In this document: positions 48,512-57,454 of the stretch, one piece after another
How the letters are laid out: each line of letters starts with the position of its first letter
Position numbering within the stretch: the first letter of the stretch is position 1
Source of the DNA: an uncultured Gemmatimonadales bacterium
Lineage (GTDB): Bacteria; Gemmatimonadota; Gemmatimonadetes; Gemmatimonadales; GWC2-71-9
Direction: 5' to 3'
Assembly: GCA_963728915.1 (NCBI GenBank)
Contig: CAVSLV010000001.1
Span: forward strand, 1,216,001 to 1,280,000
DNA: 64,000 bases
Translations under genes and position numbers: made by a program
The notes under the pieces: generated by a model
Told to the model about the DNA's origin: nothing
Databases searched by the model: none
The model's input: only the letters and a program-made list of their open reading frames with translations

Positions 48512-49521
48512 TCGAAGGACCCGGCGGCCCGATTCAGAAACTCGAGCGCCGTTCCATGAAGCAGGCGGGCCCGGACCCTGGCATCGAGATCGGCCAATTC
48601 TCCAATGAGGCGACCCGGGGTGGTTTCCCCCAGCGGAAAGGGGTAGTCCGAGCCCAGCGCCACCCGGTCCGGTCCATGCAACCGGAGCAACATGCGAAGC
48701 AGGTCCGGATCGTGGGTCAGGGAGTCGACGTAGATCCGCCGGAGATAGTCCCCCGGTGGATTCGGATTCGCGACGGCGACGAGATCGGGCCGCGCTTCGA
48801 AGCCCCGCGCGATGCGGCCGAAGGTTCCCGCGAACGAGCCGCCGCCGTGGGCGAACCCGATTCTGAGACGGGGGAGGCGCTCGAGAATGCCCCCGAAGAT
48901 CACCGAGCAGATCGCCAGCGCCGACTCGGTGGGCATCCCCACCAGCCAGGGCATCCAGTAGCGGGGCATTCGCTCGGGCGCCAGCATGTCCCAGGGGTGC
49001 ACGAAGACCGCGGCGCCGAGCCGCTCGGCGGTCTGAAACACGGGAAAGAGGCCGGGATCGTCGAGGTTCCTGCCGCCCACATGGGTCCCGATCTGGACCC
49101 CGGCGAGCCCTAACCCGCCCATGCACCGCTCCAGCTCCCGGCAGGCCAGCTCGGGATCCTGGAGCGGAAGGGTCCCGAGTCCGATGAACCGCCGGGGATG
49201 CGCCGCCACGACGGACGCCAGGTGATCGTTGAGCAAGCGGGCCAGCTCGAGGGCGTGCGCCGGCTGGGCCCAGTAGGAGAACATCACCGGCACGGTCGAG
49301 AGGACCTGCACGGTGACGCCGTCGCGGTCGCACTCGGCGAGCCGAACCTCGGGGGCCCAGCAGTTCGCATCGATTTCGCGGAAGGTGTCGTCGCCGATCA
49401 TCATCCGGGCCCGGCAGGGCGCGTGGTGCTCGAGGCGCACCCACGGGCCGGGCCCGAACTTCGCCGCGAGGTCGGGCCAGGTGTCCGGCAGAATGTGGGT
49501 GTGAAGATCGATGACCAGCAC
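48508..49521 (-). CDS. nbaD: 2-amino-3-carboxymuconate-6-semialdehyde decarboxylase (ACMSD)
   Basis: IDLHTHILP, LSTVPVMFSYW, FVHPWDM, WLVGMP, AHGGG, GSDYPFPLGE. Confidence 0.92.
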   Translation of the reverse strand: MLVIDLHTHILPDTWPDLAAKFGPGPWVRLEHHAPCRARMMIGDDTFREIDANCWAPEVRLAECDRDGVTVQVLSTVPVMFSYWAQPAHALELARLLNDHLASVVAAHPRRFIGLGTLPLQDPELACRELERCMGGLGLAGVQIGTHVGGRNLDDPGLFPVFQTAERLGAAVFVHPWDMLAPERMPRYWMPWLVGMPTESALAICSVIFGGILERLPRLRIGFAHGGGSFAGTFGRIARGFEARPDLVAVANPNPPGDYLRRIYVDSLTHDPDLLRMLLRLHGPDRVALGSDYPFPLGETTPGRLIGELADLDARVRARLLHGTALEFLNRAAGSFE

Positions 49522-50054
49522 TACTTCACGGGAGCCGCCGGGGACGGGGCGGGCATGACGTGGCCGCACTTCCGGCAGGTGCGGAGCTTCTCGTCGCCAT
49601 AGAACTGCTCGATGATGGGCTTGAGCTGCTTGCCCAGGTCCACCAGCTGGAAATTCGCGTCATACAGGATCTCGCCGCATTGCTCGCAGAACCAGCGCAG
49701 GTGGTCCTCCTCCGACTCCTCGCGGCGCCGTTCGATCACCAGGCCGATCGTGTTGGCGGGCCGCTGGGGCGAATGGGGAATCCGCGGCGGGAGCAGGAAC
49801 ATCTCCCCTTCTCGAATCGGGATATCCCGCACCTTCCCGTCCTCGATGATCCGCAGGGTGATGTCGCCTTCCACCTGGAAGAAGAATTCCTCGCCCTCCT
49901 CCACGTGGAAGTCCTTCCGCTGATTCGGACCGCCCACCGCCATCACCATGAATTCGGAATTCTGCCAGATCATCTTGTTGCCGACCGGCGGCTTGAGGAG
50001 TGCCCGGTGCTCGTCGATCCAGGCCTTGAGGTTGATGGGGGGCATCATGGGCAC
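49521..50054 (-). CDS. nbaC: 3-hydroxyanthranilate 3,4-dioxygenase
   Basis: LKPPVGNK, VGGPNQRKDFH, PHSPQR, rubredoxin-like CxxC...CxxC. Confidence 0.95.
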   Translation of the reverse strand: MPMMPPINLKAWIDEHRALLKPPVGNKMIWQNSEFMVMAVGGPNQRKDFHVEEGEEFFFQVEGDITLRIIEDGKVRDIPIREGEMFLLPPRIPHSPQRPANTIGLVIERRREESEEDHLRWFCEQCGEILYDANFQLVDLGKQLKPIIEQFYGDEKLRTCRKCGHVMPAPSPAAPVK

Positions 50055-50075
50055 GGGCTCCTCCGGTGAGAGACG

Positions 50076-51176
50076 TCAGGAAGCTAGCACCCGGCGGTAT
50101 CCCACCGGGTCGGTAGCGCCCTCGGTGTTGAGGACGAGCACCTGGGTGCCGGGGCCGAGCTCCAGAAACCGCCGGGCTCCGAGAAGCTCGGGCGCTTCGA
50201 TCACCGCGAGCAATCCCGCGAGGCCCGCCGCCCCGGATTCCCCGGCCTCGATCGAGAGATCACCAGGTTCCGGGCGGGCCAGCCGTCGCATGGCCGCCTC
50301 CGCGAATCGGTCCTCGATGGCGAGAAAGAGCTCGACCCCGCCCCGGATCGCCGGCCAGGCGGCGAGCGAAACCTCCCCGCAATTGAGGCCTGCCATGATG
50401 GAGTCCTGGCGCCCCGCCGACATGACCGGCTGGCCATCGGGCGAGTCGATCGACGCGAACAGGGCATCGGCCTCGACCGGCTCGACCGAGACCAGGACCG
50501 GCTGGGGTTCCCGAGTGCGGTAGTGGTCGATGGCCGCATGCAGGAGACCTCCCACCCCCGCCTGAATGAAGACCACCTGTGGATGGGGCCACTGATTCCC
50601 GGCTCGCTGCTCTTCGACTTCCGCGAACAGGGTGGCGTACCCTTCGGCAATCCAGTGGGGGACCTCCAGGTATCCCTCATACCCGGTGTCGGCCACGATC
50701 TCCCAGCCGTGCGCGGCGCTTTCCGCGGCGCATTGACGAACCGTGTCGTCGTAGCTCCCCTCCACAAGCTCGACCCGGGCGCCTTCCCGGCGAATACTCT
50801 CGATGCGAGCAGGGGCGGAGTGCGCGGGAATGAAGACTACCGCTCGACAACCCGCTCGCGCGGCCGCCCACGCCAGGGCCCGGCCGTGGTTGCCATCGGT
50901 GGCGGTCGCGACCGTGACCGGAGCGGTCCGGCCCTCGAGCAGCCGGTGCAACGCCCAGGAAGCCCCGAGGCCCTTGAAGGCCTTCAAGCCGAATCGACCC
51001 GATTCGTCCTTGACCTGGACCCCGCCGAGCCCGAGGGCAAGAGCCAGGCCTGGCAGGGTGCGAAGGGGAGTCGGCTCATAACCCGGGAGCGACCGGTGAA
51101 ATCGCCGCACCGCGCTCCGGTCCAGGGGCGGCGCGGCCGACGGCTCGAAGAACGGATTGACCCGGGCCCGATTCAC
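50076..51176 (-). CDS. dpaL: Diaminopropionate ammonia-lyase (PLP fold II)
   Basis: KDESGRFGLKAFK, ATDGNHGR, QAGVGG, IMAGLNCGE, GESGAAG, NTEGATDP. GTG start overlaps the ocd stop (GTGA). Confidence 0.82.
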   Translation of the reverse strand: MNRARVNPFFEPSAAPPLDRSAVRRFHRSLPGYEPTPLRTLPGLALALGLGGVQVKDESGRFGLKAFKGLGASWALHRLLEGRTAPVTVATATDGNHGRALAWAAARAGCRAVVFIPAHSAPARIESIRREGARVELVEGSYDDTVRQCAAESAAHGWEIVADTGYEGYLEVPHWIAEGYATLFAEVEEQRAGNQWPHPQVVFIQAGVGGLLHAAIDHYRTREPQPVLVSVEPVEADALFASIDSPDGQPVMSAGRQDSIMAGLNCGEVSLAAWPAIRGGVELFLAIEDRFAEAAMRRLARPEPGDLSIEAGESGAAGLAGLLAVIEAPELLGARRFLELGPGTQVLVLNTEGATDPVGYRRVLAS

Positions 51177-52178
51177 CCGAGGTCCCTGCGGCCACCCAGC
51201 TCGATCACCATGCCGACGTTTTCCTCTTGCGCCTTGCGGAGCACCAGGTCGGCGGCAGCCAGATCCTCGATCGCGAGCCCCAGGGATTTGAACAGGGTGA
51301 TATCGGCCCGCCCGGTCCGGCCCGGAATCCGGCCGAGCAGGACATCCCCCAGCTCTCCCAGAATGTGGGAATCGGTGATCGTCGCCTTCGCCCCGGGCAA
51401 GGAGGAAATCACCGGCTTCGTTGAGCGCGGATTCCTTCCGGTCGACGAACAGACGGCTACGCCTCACCGCTTCGGCGTCGAGCTCCCGGGCCCGGGGGGA
51501 GCTCGACCCGATAGCGTTCACGTGAGTCCCTTCGCCGATCCAGTCGCCCTGAAGCACCGGGATCGACGAACCCGTGACGGTGCAGACCAGGTCGGCCCCC
51601 CGGACAGCCCCTTCCGCGGATGAGGCAATCTCCACCGCGCAGGCGTGGTGGGCCCGGGCCCACTCGGAGAAGCCACGCGCGTTTTCCGGATGCCGGCTCC
51701 AGACCCGCACCCGACGCAGCGTGCGGACCAGTCCGATCGCCTCCAGATGGGTGCGCGCCTGCACCCCGCTTCCCAGGATCGCCAGGTCACCCGCGTCGTC
51801 CCGGGCCAGCACCCGGGTCGCTACGCCGGAGACCGCCGCGGTGCGGATCGCCGTAATGCTGGCCGCGTCGAGTACCGCCGACGGAGCACCGGTCCGGGTG
51901 TCGAACAGCAGCACCATACCTTGATGCGAGTCGAGACCGGAGCCCTCGTTGCCGGGAAACACCGAAATGATCTTGGCGCCGAGCGTATCCGGCGTTTCCA
52001 GCTCGGCGGGCATAGTGCCGAAGAAGCCCTTGCCCTCGCGGAGCCTGAGGACGGTCCTCAGCGGGAGCTGGGCCTTGCCTTCGCTCAAGGCGGAGAGGGT
52101 CGCCGCCATCACGTCAATGCAGGCCGGCATCGGAAGGAGTCGGGTGACTTCGCGCTGATTCAGGATGCGGATTGCCAT
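51173..52178 (-). pseudogene. Ornithine cyclodeaminase / mu-crystallin family protein with a 1-nt insertion frameshift near 51382 (possible sequencing error)
   Basis: TAIRTAAVS, GSGVQA, HVNAIGS...RELD. The C-terminus HILGELG...ITLFKSLGLAIEDLAAA is in a different frame. Confidence 0.85.
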
Positions 52179-52197
52179 GGCGGCCCTAATTTACCCC

Positions 52198-52419
52198 ATG
52201 CCCGCACGCATTCCTGCCGGCCTCCTGATCGTCGGCCTGGGCGTGATCCTGGTGGTGGTAGGCGTCCTGGTCTGGGCCGGTCTCTTCAGCTGGTTCGGCA
52301 AACTGCCCGGCGATATCCGAATCGACCGGCCCGGGTTTCGACTCTACGTCCCGCTGGTTTCCATGGTGCTCATTTCGATCGTGCTGTCACTTCTTCTCGC
52401 CCTGGTGCGGCGGCTCTAG
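52198..52419 (+). CDS. DUF2905 small membrane protein
   Basis: WFGKLPGDIRI...LYVPL.SM..IS. Confidence 0.85.
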   Translation: MPARIPAGLLIVGLGVILVVVGVLVWAGLFSWFGKLPGDIRIDRPGFRLYVPLVSMVLISIVLSLLLALVRRL

Positions 52420-52439
52420 CCGGCCGACACTCGGCGCGG

Positions 52440-52841
52440 CTAGTCCCACACGCCGCGACCGACTCGATACCGCCCCGACCCCAACAGGGCGACCGAGAGG
52501 GCAGTAAGGAGGAGCAGCGCTTCGAGCTCGACTCCCCACCCTCCCCCGGCCTGGTTGACTGTCAGGAGCCGGGGTCGAAGCACCAGCGTCATCGCCATGA
52601 CCATGTCGCACACGACGACCAGGGCGGCGAGACGCGCTTTCCACCCCACGATCAGGAGCACCGGGGCGAGGACTTCCGCCACATAGACGCCATAGGCGAG
52701 CAACCCTGGAAGTCCCAGGGAGGACAGCGGGCCTTTGATCCACTCGACTCCGTGGGTCAGCTTGAATACGCCGTGAAACAGAAGGATCACGGCCAAACCG
52801 ATTCGCAACACCAGTTTGCCGACATCTTCTCGAGCGACCAT
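52440..52841 (-). CDS. DoxX family membrane protein
   Basis: LVLRIGLAVILLFHGVFKL...AE...G..ARLAA...GGWGVEL...G.GRY. Confidence 0.88.
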   Translation of the reverse strand: MVAREDVGKLVLRIGLAVILLFHGVFKLTHGVEWIKGPLSSLGLPGLLAYGVYVAEVLAPVLLIVGWKARLAALVVVCDMVMAMTLVLRPRLLTVNQAGGGWGVELEALLLLTALSVALLGSGRYRVGRGVWD

Positions 52842-52968
52842 CAGGCTGGCCTCCAGCTGAAGTCCGATTGGGGTGCTGCTCGACAGCCCGCGCCTTCCCG
52901 GGTTGGGGCTCCGATGAAGGATAGGGGTTTTCTTGTAATATCTGCCAATACTTTATTTTGATCAACTA

Positions 52969-52983
52969 ATAAGCTAGCCTTAT
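52969..52983. promoter_or_regulatory. LysR-type recognition site (T-N11-A) ATAAG-N5-CTTAT
   Basis: Palindrome in the AT-rich divergent doxX/lysR spacer, just before the lysR start. Confidence 0.6.
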
Positions 52984-52988
52984 GACTC

Positions 52989-53873
52989 ATGGAGCTGCGC
53001 CATCTCCGCTATTTCGTCGCGGTCGCCGAGGAGCTGCATTTCGGGCGGGCGGCGGCCCGGCTCCACCTTGCCCAGCCCGCCCTGAGCCAGCAGGTCAAGC
53101 AGCTTGAAAAAGAGTTGAACGTGCTTCTGCTCAACCGCACCAAGCGGAAGGTCTCCTTGACCGAGCCGGGCCGCGCCTTTCTGGGGGACGCCCATCGGAT
53201 CCTCGAGGCGGCGGATCGCGCGATCGAGACCGCCCGACGCGCCGCCTCCGGAGAGGAGGGAACGTTGCGGGTCGGCTATGTCGACCTGGCCACCTGGCTC
53301 GCCTTCCCCAGCATCGTGCGGACGTTCCGGCAGCGCTCGCCGGCAGTGCACGTGAGCCTGGTCGAGCTCCATCACGAGCCCCAGCGCGACGCGCTGCTTC
53401 GGGGAGATCTCGACCTCGGATTCCTGTCCCTCACTGCGCGGGACCACGGCCTGGAAGGGATCCGAGTCGGTCTCGATCCCCTGGTGGTCGCGCTCCCGGC
53501 GGATCATCGCCGGGCCACCGGCCGCACCATTCGCCTCGCCGACCTGGCGGAGGAGGATTGGGTGCTGTTCCCGGTCGACCTCCGAACCGTCTACCTGGAG
53601 TTGGTGCTGGGGAGCTGCTCGCAAGCCGGCTTCGTTCCCCGGGTCGTGCAGGAGGCCGGTCAGCTGCAGGCCCTGGCCGGTCTGGTCGCAGCGGGAGCCG
53701 GGGTCACTCTCCTGCCCCGGTCCATGGCGCTCGCCCCCCGGGCCGGAATCGCCTACCGGCGGCTCTCGGGCCGGGCCCCGGCCCTGCCTCTCCACCTGAG
53801 CTGGCGGGAAGGACAGCTTCCCCCGGCGGGGGTCCGGTTCGTCGAGATTGCCCGGAAGGTCGCGCGCCAGTAA
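52989..53873 (+). CDS. LysR family transcriptional regulator
   Basis: MELRHLRYFVAVAEELHFGRAAARLHLAQPALSQQ. Confidence 0.95.
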   Translation: MELRHLRYFVAVAEELHFGRAAARLHLAQPALSQQVKQLEKELNVLLLNRTKRKVSLTEPGRAFLGDAHRILEAADRAIETARRAASGEEGTLRVGYVDLATWLAFPSIVRTFRQRSPAVHVSLVELHHEPQRDALLRGDLDLGFLSLTARDHGLEGIRVGLDPLVVALPADHRRATGRTIRLADLAEEDWVLFPVDLRTVYLELVLGSCSQAGFVPRVVQEAGQLQALAGLVAAGAGVTLLPRSMALAPRAGIAYRRLSGRAPALPLHLSWREGQLPPAGVRFVEIARKVARQ

Positions 53874-53934
53874 GCGAGGCTCCGGTCGGATCACCGTCGA
53901 CGCGCCCGGGTGTGCCGTGGCATATTTCGCTCGC

Positions 53935-54007
53935 GGGGCGGTAGCTCAGATGGGAGAGCGCCTGGTTTGCAACCAGGAGGTCACGGGTTCGATCCCCGTC
54001 CGCTCCA
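53935..54007 (+). tRNA. tRNA-Ala(TGC)
   Basis: Acceptor GGGGCGG/CCGCTCC with G3:U70, anticodon stem CCTGG-TTTGCAA-CCAGG, GGTTCGATCCC. Confidence 0.96.
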
Positions 54008-54019
54008 TCCTTGGCAAAC

Positions 54020-54048
54020 TTGACAGGATTCCGGCGCTTCGAGAGATT
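54020..54048 (+). promoter_or_regulatory. Putative sigma70 promoter of the aroF-trp operon
   Basis: TTGACA-17 nt-GAGATT. Confidence 0.65.
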
Positions 54049-54058
54049 CTCTCCCCAC

Positions 54059-54130
54059 ATGCATTCCCACTCCTGGCGGCAGAGCTGGTGGTCCTGGCGC
54101 GGTTTCCGCGGCGGGCCGGAGTGCGTGTAG
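54059..54130 (+). CDS. trpL: trp leader peptide MHSHSWRQSWWSWRGFRGGPECV
   Basis: 23 aa with four TGG codons including a tandem pair, upstream of an attenuator hairpin and the trp genes. Confidence 0.85.
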   Translation: MHSHSWRQSWWSWRGFRGGPECV

Positions 54131-54160
54131 TCCAGTAGCAAGCGACATCGCGCAATATCC

Positions 54161-54190
54161 GAAGCCCACCGCAACTCGGTGGGTTTTTTT
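54161..54190 (+). terminator. trp attenuator terminator
   Basis: GAAGCCCACCG-CAACT-CGGTGGG then T7, 21 nt before the aroF ATG. Confidence 0.88.
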
Positions 54191-54211
54191 GTTCCTGCAC
54201 CCGGAAGGCAC

Positions 54212-55225
54212 ATGATCATCGTTCTCAAGCCGCACGCCACCAAAGCGCATGCCGAAGAGCTGATGCAGCGCATCGCCTCGCTCGGCCTCCGCCCGCTGTA
54301 CATGCCCGGGCAGGAGCGGGTGGTGCTGGGCGCGCTGGGCGACGAGCGCGCGCTCGAGAGCCTGCACCTCGACAGCGATCCCCTGGTCGAGAGTGTCAAG
54401 CCGATTCTGGCTCCCTACAAGCTGGTGGGACGGGAGATTCATCCGCACGACTCGATCGTGGAGCTGGGCACCGCCCGGATCGGCGGCGGACGCTTCACCG
54501 TCATCGCGGGGCCCTGTGCGGTGGAAAGCCTCGATCAGATGGCCCGCACCGCCCATGCGGTCAAGGCCGGCGGCGCCCACGCGCTCCGGGGCGGCGCCTA
54601 CAAGCCGCGCACCAGTCCGTATTCGTTCCAGGGCCTGGGCAAGGATGGTCTCACCATCCTTCGAGACGTCTCGAGAGAAACCGGCCTGCCGGTCGTCACC
54701 GAGGTGATGGACCCCTCCGACGTGGACCTGGTCCACGACTACGCCGCCGGATTCCAGGCCGGGGCGCGCAACATGCAGAATTTCCGACTGCTGCAGGCCC
54801 TGGGACGGAGCCGCAAGCCGGTGATCCTGAAACGGGGACCCGCGGCGCGAGTGGATGATCTGCTCCTCGCCGCCGAATACATCCTGGCGGAAGGCAACCC
54901 GGACGTCATCCTCTGTGAGCGCGGCATCACCACCTTCGAAACCTCCACCCGTAACACGCTCGACCTGAACGCCATTCCGCTCATCAAGCAGCGCAGCCAT
55001 CTCCCCATCCTGGTGGATCCCTCCCACGGCACCGGGCTCCGCGAGCTGGTGCCGCCCATGGCCAAGGCGGCGCTGGCCTGCGGGGCGGATGGTCTGCTGG
55101 TCGAGGTGCACTGCGATCCCACCCAGGCCCTCTCCGACGGCCGCCAGTCGCTGTTCCCCGAGCAGTTCGCCGCGATGATGCGTGAGCTGCGCGCCATTGC
55201 GACCGCGATCGGGAAGGTGATGTGA
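54212..55225 (+). CDS. aroF: DAHP synthase, type I-beta with N-terminal regulatory domain
   Basis: [46 protein letters not shown]. Confidence 0.93.
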   Translation: MIIVLKPHATKAHAEELMQRIASLGLRPLYMPGQERVVLGALGDERALESLHLDSDPLVESVKPILAPYKLVGREIHPHDSIVELGTARIGGGRFTVIAGPCAVESLDQMARTAHAVKAGGAHALRGGAYKPRTSPYSFQGLGKDGLTILRDVSRETGLPVVTEVMDPSDVDLVHDYAAGFQAGARNMQNFRLLQALGRSRKPVILKRGPAARVDDLLLAAEYILAEGNPDVILCERGITTFETSTRNTLDLNAIPLIKQRSHLPILVDPSHGTGLRELVPPMAKAALACGADGLLVEVHCDPTQALSDGRQSLFPEQFAAMMRELRAIATAIGKVM

Positions 55226-56814
55226 TGGCCGGTACCGCAGTGCGGGAAGGCGCGGTGCTGCCCCTGGTGCGGGAGGTGATCGGGAGTCCCGATCCGCTGG
55301 CCTTGTACGCGGCGCTGTCGGACGGCGGGAAACGGCCGGGCACCTTTCTGCTCGAGTCGGCCGAGACCGGCGCGGGATCCGGGGAGCGGAGCCTGATCGG
55401 AATCCGCCCCGCGCTCCGGATGGTGTGCCGGGGGCGCACCGTGGAAATCGCGGGGTGTTCCTCGAACGGCCGGTCGCTCCTGCCCTGGATCGCCACCCGC
55501 CTGAAGGGCTCGATCGCCGGAGGCGTGGTCCGGGTCACCTTCCCGGATCCTCCTCCCGGCCCGCGCGACGAGACCGCGCGGGTTCAGCTGCCCTCTCCAT
55601 TGGACGCGCTCCGGACGGTCCTGTTCGGCCCGGAGGTCATGGCCCATCCGACCGACGCGTGTTATTTCGCGACCGGCCTCTTGTCTTACGATCTCCTCGA
55701 GCTGTTCGAGTCGCTGCCCGAAGGGGCGCCAGAGGACTCGGCGACCCCTCACTACGAGTTCTTCGTGCCGGACCGGCTGATCGTCATCGACCATGTTCGG
55801 AACCGGACCCTCCTCGTGGCCAATGCGTTCGGCGGACTCGATGGAGAGGCCAATTACCACGACGCGGTCGCCGGGATCGGGATGCTGTTGCAGGCGGTCG
55901 AGGCCGCCCTCGCTCCGGGACGCGGGAGCCCGGCGCCGGCCGAGTCACCGCTGGCAGGCCCGGAAGGCTCAGTGGATCTGGACGATGACGCGTACATGGA
56001 GCTGGTGACCAGGCTGAAGCAGCACATTACCGCGGGCGATGTCTTCCAGATCGTGGCCTCCCGGACCTTTTCGGCGCCGTGCGACGATCCCCTCGCGGCG
56101 TACGCCCGTCTTCGGGCCGCGAACCCCAGTCCGTACCTCTTCTATTTCCGGGGCGAATCGGCCACGATCTTCGGAGCGTCTCCCGAAACCGCGGTCAAGG
56201 TGCACGGCGCCCCCAGGCGGGTGACCATCCGACCCATCGCCGGGACGGCGCCGCGGGGCCGGTCCGCCGACGGGGCCATCGACCTGGACCTCGATGCCCG
56301 GCGGGAAGCGGCGCTGCGGCTCGACGAGAAGGAGACCGCCGAACACATGATGCTGGTGGATCTGGCCAGGAATGACGTGGCTCGGGTGAGCCGACCCGGC
56401 ACTCGGCAGGTCACCCGGTTGCTCGCGGTGGACCGGTATGCCCACGTGATGCACCTGGTCTCCGAGGTCGAAGGCGAGCTCGCCGCGGGTTATGACGCCC
56501 TCCATGCCTACGCGGCGGCGATGAACATGGGCACCCTGGTCGGGGCGCCCAAGATCCGCGCGGCGGAGCTGCTCCGAGGGTACGAACCAAGCCGGCGGGG
56601 TCCCTATGGCGGCGCGATCGGATACCTCGCGCACGATGGCACGATGGACACCGCCATCGTGATCCGGGCCGCCGTGGTGCAAAACGGGATGGCGCGGGTC
56701 CGCGCCGGCGCGGGGATCGTCTACGACTCGCATCCCGCCTCCGAAGCCCTGGAAACCCGCCGCAAGGCCGAAGCCGTGCTGCGCGCGATTGGCGGCGGGC
56801 CCAAACGTGGCTGA
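55225..56814 (+). CDS. trpE: Anthranilate synthase component I
   Basis: LLESAE, GDVFQIV, NPSPY, GASPE, PIAGT, EHMMLVDLARND, NMGTLVGAPK. Confidence 0.95.
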   Translation: MAGTAVREGAVLPLVREVIGSPDPLALYAALSDGGKRPGTFLLESAETGAGSGERSLIGIRPALRMVCRGRTVEIAGCSSNGRSLLPWIATRLKGSIAGGVVRVTFPDPPPGPRDETARVQLPSPLDALRTVLFGPEVMAHPTDACYFATGLLSYDLLELFESLPEGAPEDSATPHYEFFVPDRLIVIDHVRNRTLLVANAFGGLDGEANYHDAVAGIGMLLQAVEAALAPGRGSPAPAESPLAGPEGSVDLDDDAYMELVTRLKQHITAGDVFQIVASRTFSAPCDDPLAAYARLRAANPSPYLFYFRGESATIFGASPETAVKVHGAPRRVTIRPIAGTAPRGRSADGAIDLDLDARREAALRLDEKETAEHMMLVDLARNDVARVSRPGTRQVTRLLAVDRYAHVMHLVSEVEGELAAGYDALHAYAAAMNMGTLVGAPKIRAAELLRGYEPSRRGPYGGAIGYLAHDGTMDTAIVIRAAVVQNGMARVRAGAGIVYDSHPASEALETRRKAEAVLRAIGGGPKRG

Positions 56815-57454
56815 GGCACTCCGGGTGGTTTTCGTCGACAATTTCGATTCCTTCACCTGGAACCTGGTGGATGAGTTCGCCCGGCGAGGATTTCCCGTCG
56901 AGGTCTGGCGCAACACGACCCCCGCCGAGCTGGTACTGGAGCGGGCCCGCGACGGAGGCGCCGCATTGCTCGTGCTTTCCCCCGGCCCGGGGGCGCCGGC
57001 CGAGGCGGGGTGCTCGGTTCCGCTGGTACGCCTCGCGGCCACCCACCGGGTTCCGCTGTTCGGCGTGTGTCTGGGCCACCAGGCGATGGTCGAGGCATTC
57101 GGCGGTTCGGTGGGCCCGGCCGGCGAAGTGGTGCACGGCAAGACCTCCCGGGTCCGGCACGAGGGTGGCGCCTTTTTCGCCGGGGTCCCCTCGCCCTTTC
57201 CGGTAGGGCGCTATCACTCGCTCGCCGCGCTGCGCCTTCCCGAGTGCCTCCGGCCGATCGCCTCGACCGGACCGAACCACGCAGGTGCTGACCCGATCCC
57301 GGGAGGAGCATCCCGACCTGAGGTGGTGATGGCGGTCACCCATTGCGACGCCCCGCAGTTCGGGGTCCAGTTTCATCCCGAATCGATCCTTACGCCCGAT
57401 GGGGGCCGCATCATCGACAACGTGCTCGCCTGGGCGACCGATGCAAGCCGCTGA
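56807..57454 (+). CDS. trpG: Anthranilate synthase component II
   Basis: VDNFDSFTWNL, SPGPG, GVCLGHQ, RYHSL, QFHPES. Confidence 0.94.
   Translation: MAEALRVVFVDNFDSFTWNLVDEFARRGFPVEVWRNTTPAELVLERARDGGAALLVLSPGPGAPAEAGCSVPLVRLAATHRVPLFGVCLGHQAMVEAFGGSVGPAGEVVHGKTSRVRHEGGAFFAGVPSPFPVGRYHSLAALRLPECLRPIASTGPNHAGADPIPGGASRPEVVMAVTHCDAPQFGVQFHPESILTPDGGRIIDNVLAWATDASR

Noticed and set aside
48512..49444. 725-aa kynureninase
   Set aside because: The extension is an off-frame read of ACMSD.
50076..52178. Genuine evolved OCD-DpaL fusion enzyme
   Set aside because: The linker is out-of-frame OCD sequence; the intact OCD C-terminus and a GTGA-coupled dpaL start exist.
53935..54020. Integrative element at tRNA-Ala (or tRNA-Leu)
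   Set aside because: No integrase, no duplicated tRNA 3' end seen, and no obvious compositional shift.
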